NCBI RefSeq assembly: GCF_018350175.1
Contig: NC_058383.1
Span: 19,036,001-19,100,000 of the forward strand
DNA: 64,000 nt
Direction: 5' to 3'
Origin: Felis catus
Lineage: Eukaryota
Shown here: in pieces, positions 12,505 to 22,537 of the stretch
How positions within the stretch are numbered: the stretch's first letter is position 1
How the letters are laid out: each line of letters begins with the position of its first letter
Made by a program: the position numbers and the translations under genes
The notes under the pieces: generated by a model
What the model was told of the DNA's origin: nothing
Seen by the model: the letters and a program-made list of their open reading frames with translations, nothing else
The model's database searches: none

Positions 12505-12735
12505 AAGATCTTCCGGATCACCATGCTGTTTCAGTTTGTGAACGTGCTGCTACAGGTCCTGGTTCACAAGTCCCACGACCTTCTGCAGGAGGAGATCGGC
12601 ATTGCCATTTACAACATGGCCTCTGTGGACTTTGACGGCTTCTTTGCAGCCTTCCTCCCAGAGTTTCTGACCAGCTGTGATGGCGTGGATGCCAACCAGA
12701 AAAATGTGCTGGGGCGGAATTTCAAGATGGATCGG
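12505..12735 (+). CDS. XPO6: Exportin-6 penultimate coding exon (KIFRITMLFQFVNVLLQVLVHKSHDLLQEE...RNFKMDR), 231 bp
   Basis: tctgtctgcAG acceptor, GTGAG donor at 12736, phase 0 to 0. Confidence 0.95.
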
Positions 12736-14299
12736 GTGAGGAGAGAGAGGCCAGGCTAAAGGGAGGACGGGCCAGGGCTCTCACGCCTGGGGCCTGCTCA
12801 GGGAGGAAGGGGCAGTGGTCTGTACCCGCCGGTGGCTCCTGAACGACTTGGTGCCGCGGCTGGACGCAGGGGCACACGCCTCCCCCGGTGTGTGTTCTTC
12901 ACGTCAGCCCCTGGGCCCCGGCCCCAGCAGTCCGTCCGACTGCCTCAGCTTCTTTGTGCTTCTCCCCCGAGATCCAGACGCTGTTCCCACACGGGTCGTG
13001 AACTCGCAGACAGGCTGCGAAGACTGGTGCTCAGGAGTCTCTGAGACCCCCGAGTTCGAGATGGGCCCCTGGGCTCTCCCCAGGCCTCCCGGTTCCGTGT
13101 GGGCTGACCTGCTGCCGGGTCCTCGGAGAAGCCCCTGCAGCACACCCCCTTGCCCCCTCGCTGCCCGCTCAGGGAACGTGGTGGGAGGGTGGGCTCTGTG
13201 GCCCCCCATGCAGCACCTTGGGTGGCTGTGGGTGCACACGGAGCCAGCGCTGCCCGTGTGTCCGGGTCCCGTGGCACCCGGCTTCTGTCCCGGCGCCTCC
13301 CTCCTGGGCACTCACCTGCCCTGCTTCTTCTCTCAGCCGTTAGGTGTCTTCGCTTGCCCGATAGGCTTTTCCTGGAACTCTTCCCACGGAACAAGCCCTT
13401 TTCGTCCTTCACCACCTGACACGTGGCAAAACGAAATCATTCTCCCACGTCCTCATGCGTCCCTGCCTTGCCTCCCACCCTGGAGCAGCCTGCCCACGGT
13501 TCCCCTTTAGTGTTCAGATTTACACATTGCTCTCGCTGGAGCAGACTCCTCTCACCACTTGCCCATCTCGTCTGTGACGTGTGTCAGGATAGTGCTTTCT
13601 TAGACTCGGGTCCTGTTTTCCCTTGTCTTGGAATCTTTCTGGGATGTCTTGTTCCCTCCTAAACTTTTTCTTAAAGTTCACTTCAGCCACTTGGGTATTT
13701 TTCCTTCCTTTTCCTGGAGACCACATCCTGATATTTAACTGTCAGTTTCTAGTGATGTCATTGTCAGCCAACTTCTCGATTGAAAGCCGGGCTTCCAAGT
13801 CTATATATGCATCAGTGCACCTGGGGTGCTTATGAAACACACAGGAACATATTCTTGTATCCTCCCCCAGGAAATTTGAATTTGGCATTTGGGAGCCACT
13901 GATCTAAGAGACACCCCTTGGTTTGTTTTCTGGAGGATGAGTAAAGGAATCAGTGCCTCCACTCACCAGTTCCCTCTGTACCTGAAGTTGGCTGCCTCTC
14001 GTCCCGGAGAGGGTGTTGGGGCTCAGTCCCTCCCTGCTTCAGAGGAGCCTCCCTGGAAAGACAGGCGGCGGCGCCCTCCGTGGATGACGCCGGGCCGGCC
14101 ACGTCACGTGTCCCGGCTCTCCTGAGCCTTCCAGCAGCCTTCTGAAGTGTACACAGGTCTTGTTGTTAATCCCATTTCACAGATGAGCCCAGGCTCCGCA
14201 GGGTCAGCTGTTAGTTAGCAGTTCAGAGCCCGGGAACGCTAGAGCCGGGAAGCAGGATCCCTCGGCTGGGCCTTCTCACTCGGGAGCCAGTGTGTACTG

Positions 14300-15700
14300 C
14301 CCACACGCAGGGGGAGCCGAGGGCGGCTCGACAGCGATGAGCAGGGGTGCTGGCCTGGGCAGCTGGGGCCTTTTTAGAAGAGGCAGGCTTTGAGCGGAGG
14401 CCGAAGAGGACAGATTAGCGGGGTGAGGCGTGGGTGGGCGAGGGGAGCTGTCGGTGGCTTCAGCCGTTTCCGGAACCCGCCCTGCCACTGGGCTTTCAGA
14501 AGGCGTGTGCACTCGCTCTGTGGCAGGCACCGTTGGGGTCACTCCGCATTTGGACCTGCGCTCTGGCCACCGGTGATCCCGGCCTGAAGATGAGGGGGCT
14601 GACCCCCGGTGCTCTTGTGGCCTCTGGTGGGGTCTGGGTTCCGGCTGCGAGGGGCCCTCTCGATGGGTGTCTGCAGCCCGTGGGTGCCGCCGATGCGTCC
14701 CTGCTGACTGGTCGGGCCCGCCTGGGGCCCGGGCGGGGGTGGACTCTGTGGACGTGGCTTGGCCGTGGCGAAGGAGAGGTGCGCGTTGGCAGGCGTGCCC
14801 CCGTGCACGAGCGAGTCCGACCTGGACCACCTCCCTGCTTTCTGTGTAACCTGGGGCAAGTTCCGCGATCGCTCTGCGCTTCGCAGTCTTCACCCTTACG
14901 ACGGTGGTGTGAACGCACCGTGCGTCGCGGGCTTGGGTGGGGTTCGAGGGGGTGGGTCCCTGAGCGGATGCGCAGGCCTGCACGTGGGGAGCGCCAGGGG
15001 GGCGTTCGCTCGCTTCTGGCACTCCCGCGGCGCCTGACACGGTGCGAGGAGGGTGCGAGGAGGCGTAGAAGGTTCGAGCGTGCTGGGACGGAAGTGGCGG
15101 GGGCTGGGGGTGAGCCGGGGTGCGGGGTGGGGCTGGGCTGCAGCTGTGCCCCTGCCTTCCAGGACCTGCCCTCGTTCACCCAGAACGTGCACAGGCTGGT
15201 CAACGACCTGCGCTACTACAGACTGTGCAACGACAGCCTGCCCCCCGGCACTGTGAAGCTTTAGGCGCGGCCGCCCGCCACCATGGGACACACCTGCTGC
15301 TGCCGCGCCCGCACCGCCTCCGCCCTCCGCCCTCCGCCCTCCGCCACAGGCGCCCCCTCACGGGCCTCGCAGCTCCTCGGATTCCCGCACCCTGACCGGC
15401 TGCCTGCTCCGCCCCCCGCTCCTCCACGCCCCCCTCCCGCCGCCCACCCAGCCGACCCGGCTTCGGGATGCCCCTCAGCGCTGGCTGGGGTGCCCCCGGA
15501 CGTCAGGGGCAGGCGGGGGGCTCGTGCGCCCAGGCACCAGGGAGGCCCCGGGGAATCCTGTGGGCCCTCCGCGCACCTCCCGAGGACACCGGCCATGAGG
15601 CAGAAGCGCCGGGGACCGCTCGTGACAGTGCCACCTTCTCACCATTCCGCCCCCACCCACCCCGCGGCGGAGAGGCCTGACGCGAGACTATCTGGGCACT
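14300..15700. promoter_or_regulatory. CpG-rich region over the XPO6 last intron, last exon and proximal 3'UTR
   Basis: Visibly high GC and CpG density; boundaries approximate. Confidence 0.5.
15163..15264 (+). CDS. XPO6: Exportin-6 last coding exon (DLPSFTQNVHRLVNDLRYYRLCNDSLPPGTVKL*)
   Basis: cctgccttccAG acceptor, TAG stop at 15262-15264; recalled XPO6 C-terminus. Confidence 0.96.
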   Translation, partial: DLPSFTQNVHRLVNDLRYYRLCNDSLPPGTVKL

Positions 15701-15841
15701 TCTGCCCAGCCTCTCCCGCCCTCCCCTCCAATTGCCTTGAAGTCTCTGCGTTTTGTCAGAGATTCGCAGACTCGTGGGTTTTTTGTTCCCGTTTTCTCAT
15801 CATTCCATTGTGATACTAAGAAACTAAGAAGCTTAATGAAA

Positions 15842-15847
15842 AATAAA
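15842..15847 (+). terminator. XPO6: XPO6 polyadenylation signal AATAAA
   Basis: First AATAAA about 580 nt after the stop, in a U-rich block and followed by TTATGTTGTTGTT. Confidence 0.8.
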
Positions 15848-16480
15848 ATGCTTATGTTGTTGTTATAGAAACGCCGGTCAGGGAGCGTCTTTCCACTCGG
15901 GGCCTCCCTGGGCCAGCGTGCGGGTGGAGGACATCCTGGTGCAGAGCAGGGCGGTGAGGGGCGTGGGACTGTGCCGGGGGAGCGCACACACAGGAGGGCC
16001 GCCTGGACAGCCTCTCAGTGAAGCGGCCGAAGGACACGGGACCCCGGGTTCTCTGGGGTGGAGGGTGGGAGCTGGCTCTTACAGGTAACCCGGTGGCGGG
16101 GGTGGGGGTGGAGTCCACTGGGGTCCACCACCCCGCTCCTCAGGCATGGGATCCCATTCCTCTCCTCCTCCAGAATGGATCCTTTCTAGACACCTAGGCA
16201 GGAGTTGCCCCTCTGTGGCCCAAAGTCTCGCCTGAGGTCAGCAGAGAGGCGGAGGTCTCAACAGGTGGCTCATCTGAGAGGCGGTGATTACAGGGGAGAG
16301 GAGGGAGGCTGTAGCCAGGTGGCCCTCGGGGCCTGTTGGGGGGCGTCTGACAGCTGGGCCTTGCCCGGCCGCTATTCGCGTGTGGAAGTGGTTCTTGTCT
16401 GGAAGTTCCTGGGATAGCGCCTCAGCAGCTCCTCCTGCCTTGAGGGTCATAGCAACCAGTCTGACGGCACTGGACTACTG

Positions 16481-16829
16481 TTTTTTGTTTTTTTTTTTTA
16501 ATTTAATTTTTTTTAAATGTTTAATTTTTTAAATGTTTTTATTGATTTTTGAAACAGAGCATGAGCAGGGGAGGGGCAGAGAGAGAGGGAGACACAGAAT
16601 CGGAAGCAGGCTCCAGGCTCTGAGCTGTCAGCACAGAGCCCGACACGGGGCTCATGGAGGAGTGTGAGATCATGACCTGAGCTGAAGTTGGTCGCTTAAC
16701 TGACTGAGCCACCCAGGAGCCCCTTTAATTTTACTTTTAAGTAATCTCTACACTCAGCGTGGGGCTCGAACCTACAACTCCCAAGATGAAAAGCCTCAGG
16801 CTCCACTGACCGAGCCAGACAGGCGCCCC
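16481..16829 (-). mobile_element. Two tandem Can-SINEs (16481-16723 full length; 16724-16829 short older type)
   Basis: Two reverse heads ending CAGGAGCCCC and CAGGCGCCCC. Confidence 0.88.
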
Positions 16830-19797
16830 TGGACTCGGCTAGATTCTAACGTGGAATCCCACACCTGGCAGGAAGAGGCTTGCGCACCCAAAGTGAGAGT
16901 GGCCACTGGCTTGTTGGTAGGACTGGGGAGGAAGGGCTTCTACTTCTGAGGCCTTTACAAGGACCACTTGCAGGGGTGAGGGGCCCGGGGGCCCTGGGTG
17001 GTACGTGTGTGTGCCCGTGTGTGCGTGATGTGGCCCCTTGCTCCGTGTCGGTCACAGCCTCCCAGTTACAGCTAGCCCCACTTCAGAGTTCGGAGAGGAG
17101 GAAATTGAAACCCCAGTCGCTCTTTTGCAGAAAAGAATTAACATCCAATTATTCCTGGGCTATAAATACCACCTCACCTGCCCGTGAGGGGAGGCCAGAG
17201 TGTGGTCTGTGCCTGAGCCAATGAAAGGGCTTTTTGAATGCCTTGCAGATGGAAGGGGTGAAGGGATGGGGTCTGCCGCCCAAGAGCTGTACCCTTGGAC
17301 AGAACTCGAGGCAGGATTTGGGGTGGGAGAGGAGAGGCCGTGGGGAGTAAGGTGGGCCCAGATGGGGGGTTTTTGTTCCAATTCTGCTGGACGTGGCCCC
17401 AGCTGTGTGCATTGCAATGAGCTCCCCGTCCTTGGAGGTGTGCAAGCAGAGTCTGAGTGACCTGCAGAAAGGGTCTGCTCCCTTCGTCATCATCCGACTT
17501 GCATCTGATCCCTCTTGTCTGCAGTGGCTCTCCCGCCCCTCTCCGTGGGCACAAGAGCAGGCCTTAAGAAGCGTGGCTGGAATTGGGTGCATTCTCAGGC
17601 CCTTGACAAGCCCAGAGACTGTCTGCATTCTGAGGGAGGGGACAGGGAAAGGCCAGAGACGGACAGCAGTGAGCCTTTAGGTCAGTCTTGGCTGGGGACT
17701 GGTAACAGTTTCCCGAATTCCAGCATTTTCTGCCACTCGCCTGCCATTGGCCTCAGACAATGGAGGGTGGACTTTTTTTTCAATAGCCTTTTTTTTTTTC
17801 CTTCTGAGTAAAATATTGTAGTAAAAAATGTAGAAAACTTAAAAAAAGGCATCTGATCAGAGAAAAAACACTGTTAATATTTTGGTGAATTTTCTTTCCC
17901 ACATGTGGACAAACACGTTTTTGCTTTTCCTTTATTTTTGGTTTTGTAAAAGCGAGTTCGTGTTGTAGTGCAGCCTCTCTTGTTCACTTGACACGTTGTG
18001 ACCCTTTTACTTATTATTCTAGTAAAACATGATTTTTAATGGCAGATGGCATTTCACAGACACGCTTCGTTTATGGGGTTCCTTATTCTCAATGATGCCA
18101 CTGTGGACATTCTCACACGTAAATTTCAGCGCTTGTCTATTTCCGTAGGTTCGGTTCCCACACGCGAAGCTGGCGGCACAGATGTTCTCAACTTGTGATA
18201 GGTTTTGCTGGGCCTGGTTTCTCTTCGGAAGAAGCGTACTTCAGAGTCGCAAAGTGTCTGAGCTCGAAAGGCTCCAATGAGATTGTTTGACCAAATCAGC
18301 CCCCACTTCTGTGGATCCTGGGGCCTCTCCTCCCTGGTTAGCTTAGCGGTGGGACCCGACCAGGCCTCCTGCCCACTCCCGAGTGCCACCGTGATCCTAG
18401 AGTGACATCGCTGCAGGGTGGCTGGGACCAGGGAGAGGAAAGGTGCCGATGGCTCTGGTTGACTCCTGGGGCCTTGACAGGACTCCCGATTGACGGCAGT
18501 GAATTTCACAGACGTTATTTCCCGAATACCTTTCCTAGCCGGGTGCTGGGCTGCACGTGACGGACTGGGAGGCCAGTGAGGCACCCTGTGCCTGCAAGGA
18601 GCCCAGACCCGCGAGGAGACAGACAGACAGGCAGACAGGTTGTTGCCGGGTGGCATGCTGAGTGGCTGAGTGCGGTGATGGGGGTTGGGAGGCCAGGAAA
18701 TGGATGGGGGGCCCAGGGTCGGAGGGCTTCACCCAGGGTGTTGGCCACTGAGCCGGTTCTGCAGGGTGTGGACGAGCTCACCGCCGGGCAAGTGGGTGAG
18801 GAAAGGGTGAGGCCGGGGCTGCCTGGACACTTCAGAAATTGCCACGAAGATTTGATGGGGAAATGGGCGGGGTGACCGTCCGTTTTTTGTTTGTTTTGCC
18901 AAACGGAGACGTATGGAGTTATGACAGACGGCCTCTGCAGTAATCCTGGGCCAGCAGGGGTCAACTGGGACCTCTGGTCTCCCTACTCCTGGAAGAGAAA
19001 GCATCCGGCTCTGTGGGGCCCGGCCTGTCAGCAGAGATGGGGGGGGACGAAGTCCCACTGGCGAAATGCAGCCACCTGGTTCATCGGAGGAGTCAGAAGC
19101 CCCCCCTGAGCCTGTCCTGACAGTGAGGGCCTTCCTCACGGCCCCTGCGGTGTCCCCTGCTACAATGAAGGCAGGGGACGCGGGGTCTGTTTCCGTAGTG
19201 CTCGGTGTGGGGTTTGGCCCACAGCGGGTGCCCCCAAATGTCGAGTGCACGAGGATTCCCCAGATTTATCCAAATGGGTTTCTCCTCACAGGAGGAGGCC
19301 TGCAGTCACACTGAGGTGTCTTACTAATTTTTAACATTATGAAGCCACGTCCTTGGTGTCTGCTCAGAACGCCTGGCCTTACTTTTCAGGGCTCCTCAGG
19401 GAAAAGCGCTCGAGTGAACAGCTCTTCAGTGAAGGATTTCTTTAGTTCAGGGACTCACTTTTCCACCCTTCCCTGCTCGCATCATTGGAAACATCTTTAA
19501 AGGTTCATGGTAATTAATTGGCTCCAGCCTTGGGGTGGGTGGGGTGGGGTGGGGTGGGTGAACGCACAGGTCATGCGGCTTCCCGGGTTAGGCCGGGAGC
19601 CTTGTGTGGGGCGGGCCGGAAGCTGCCTCTGAGCCCCAGGACCCTGAAGGGCACCAGAAGCTCGTGCAGAGGTCACGTTGGGTGCCTTCCTGGGGTGGGG
19701 TGGGGGGGTTGGTTGAAAAATTATTTAAATGAAACAAAGGGCAGACATAGGTGAGCATTTGGGCAACAGGTATATTTTCTTTTTAAAAATAAGCTTA

Positions 19798-20454
19798 GGG
19801 GGCGCCTGGGTGGCTCAGTCGGGTTAAGCGTCCGACTTCAGCTCAGGTCACGATCTCGCGGTCCGTGAGTTCGAGCCCCGCGTCGGGCTCTGGGCTGATG
19901 GCTCAGAGCCTGGAGCCTGGTTCCGATTCTGTGTCTCCCTCTCTCTCTGCCCCTCCCCCGTTCATGCTCTGTCTCTCTCTCTCTCAAAAATCAATAAACG
20001 TTGAAAAAAAAATTTAAAAATAAGCTTAGGGGTGCCTGGGTGGCTCAGTCAGTTAAGCACTGGACTTCAGCTCAGGTCACGGTCTCACAGTTCGTGGGTT
20101 CGAGCCCCGCGTCGGGCTCTGTGCTGGCAGCTCGGGAGTCTGGAGCCTGCTTCGGTTTCTGTGTCTCTCCCTCTCTGCCCCTTCCCCGCTCTCCCTCTAT
20201 TTCCCTCTCTCTCAAAAAGAAACATTAAAATTTTTTTTAATAAAAATAAGCTTAGTTCTGGGGGCGCCTGAGTGGCTCAGTCAGTGTCCGCCTTTGGCTC
20301 AGGTCATGGTCTCATGGTTCGTGAGTTCAAGCCCCAAGTCGGGCTCTCTGCTCTCCTCACAGAGCCTGCTTCGGATTTTCTGTGTCCCTCCTCTCCCCTC
20401 CCCTGCTTGCATGTGCGAACTGTGTTTCTCAAATATAAACATGAAAAAAAATAG
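19798..20454 (+). mobile_element. Three head-to-tail Can-SINEs (starts 19798, 20029, 20260)
   Basis: Three GGGG(C/T)GCCTG heads separated and flanked by AAATAAGCTTA. Confidence 0.93.
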
Positions 20455-20668
20455 AAATAAGCTTATTTTTTCCCCCTTATTATAGAAATAATGTATGTTT
20501 CTTGGAGATAAACATAAAAATCTCCAAAGCCATTTAATCATGTCTCAGTGGGTGGCCTTCCAGACCTTTCCTTGCATTTATATCCATATGCCCATCCGCA
20601 TACCTCTATCTTTCAGCGGGAATAAGATCATGTGACATGTGTGGCAAAGTCCTGCCTCCTTCAGTCTC

Positions 20669-20695
20669 TGCACGCGCGCGCGCGCGCACACACAC

Positions 20696-20728
<33 letters not shown>
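20669..20728. repeat. Compound (CG)7(CA)n microsatellite
   Basis: 60 bp of uninterrupted purine-pyrimidine alternation. Confidence 0.95.
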
Positions 20729-22305
20729 GCCCTTTAGGTGAGCTGTGTGGTTCCTAGAGACCCCAGCTCTTTCAACCTAAGCCATGGCGGGCCAATTTGC
20801 AAGTGTCCTCTGGAACATCGCAGGAAGTTAAGCTGGGACCAGATACTCACATTGGTATCTGGAGCCAGCTCGGGGCTGAGGCCAGAAGCTCATCTTCAGA
20901 AGATGTGCATCTTCTCCCTGAAAAGTCAAGACAGATAACCGTTGTTATTCTCAGAGCCGCTGAGGAAGCCATAATCCCCATCTTGCAGAGGTGGAGCCTG
21001 AGGCCCAGAGGTCACAACCAGTCCTCATCCTGCCTCTTCCGACTGGTGTTCCACGCTGGAGCTGATGACTCCTGGGCACCCCAGGAGCGGCGGCGACCTT
21101 GCTCCCGGCCTCTGAGGGGCACTCGAGTAGGAGGGATTCAGTTTCCAGAGATGGAGGTGCCGAGCATCTCGGTCTTCCCTCCCAAGCCTGCCTGGGGAGG
21201 GGCCAGGAGCCCGGAGGAAGCTCTGGGGGCTTTTATTACCTTCATGATCTGTATTGTGGCATTTCCAAAAACGGTTCCCGCCTCCTCCATGCTGGAAGAG
21301 ACAGCAGGAGACAGGCCGTCACTGCCTCCCAGATGCAGCCAGCTTTGCCTTTTGCAGGTGCCCACCCACCCCCTTAGGATACCCCCCCCCCCCAGCCTTC
21401 AGGGCAAATGCTTACAGATGAGGACACTGAGGTTCAGAGAAGGGAAGTGACTTGCCCGAGGCCACACAGCAGCAAGTCCCTGGCAAAGCTGGGGTCCACT
21501 TGTGGGTCTGGAGGGCTCCACACCCTGCTCTGTTCCCCGCCAGAGGCACTGCGTGGCTGCTTCGCTCCATTGTCTGCCTCGTGACAGACCCGAGTGGAGG
21601 CACTTTGCGGGCGGAGCGGTTGGAGGGGTTCCAGAGCCCGAGCTGTGGGAAGAGCGGGTTGCTGAGGGCTTGCAGTCTGGGTCCCCGGGGGTCCGGCATT
21701 CACTGTGTCTGCGGGTCCCATCCCCTTCCCTTCCTGGGCCGTCTCTTCTCCGGGTGTGGTGCAGAGGCAGCCGGTGGGCGTGAGGAGGGGGCCCGCCCAG
21801 GACGGGCGGGCTCCATATCCGGCCCTGCTGTCCCTGCTGCTGGGTCCCAGGGGCTTTCAGAGCCGTTGGCAGAACTGAGTCTGCAGGTGACCGTCCGGAT
21901 GGGGGAGGCCCTGGGCACTCTGGCCCCACGGAGTGCAAGGTTCCCTTGGGGTTTCTATGTGGAGGGGGCTGTGGAATGAAAGGCCGGCTGTGTAGGCTTT
22001 CCTCACTATGACGACGCGTGTCTGACTCACCCTCGACTCAAGGACACGCTTCCCACTTACACATCACTCACCGGTTTGGCCTTTTAGTTCACTGAGGGTC
22101 TTCTCCGCGACAGGGAAACGTGGACATAACGCGAGTCCTGCCTTCCAGAAACGGAGGAGGGGTCCTACTGTGCGCCAGGTGCCACACGTTGAGTCGGGTG
22201 GTGGGCAAAATGTACCCTGAGCGGAGTCAGATGTGCACGAAATGTACCTGTTTCTCTAACTGATGCCCTTTTGCTCTGGAAAACTGGTGGCAGGAAAAAG
22301 GTATT

Positions 22306-22537
22306 TTATTTATTTATTTTTTTAAATTTTTTTTTTCAACGTTTATTTATTTTTGGGACAGAGAGAGACAGAGCATGAACGGGGGAGGGGCAGAGAGAGA
22401 GGGAGACAGAATCGGAAGCAGGCTCCAGGCTCTGAGCCATCAGCCCAGAGCCCGACGCGGGGCTCGAACTCACGGACCGCGAGATCGTGACCTGGCTGAA
22501 GTCGGACGCTTAACCGACTGCGCCACCCAGGCGCCCC
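22306..22537 (-). mobile_element. Young felid SINE (SINEC_Fc-like) with perfect TSD AGGAAAAAGGTATT
   Basis: CpG-intact body; TSD copies at 22292-22305 and 22538-22551. Confidence 0.95.

Noticed and set aside
14434..15162. Long ORF in frame with the XPO6 last exon
   Set aside because: GC-rich intron sequence upstream of a clear acceptor at 15162; not protein-like.
17155..17175. CTATAAATAC TATA/MEF2-like motif downstream of XPO6
   Set aside because: Single short motif with no supporting exon or promoter context; expected by chance.
19798..19880. tRNA-like A/B boxes (TGGCTCAGTCGG, GTTCGAGCC)
   Set aside because: These are tRNA-derived Can-SINE heads, not tRNA genes; same for every other SINE here.
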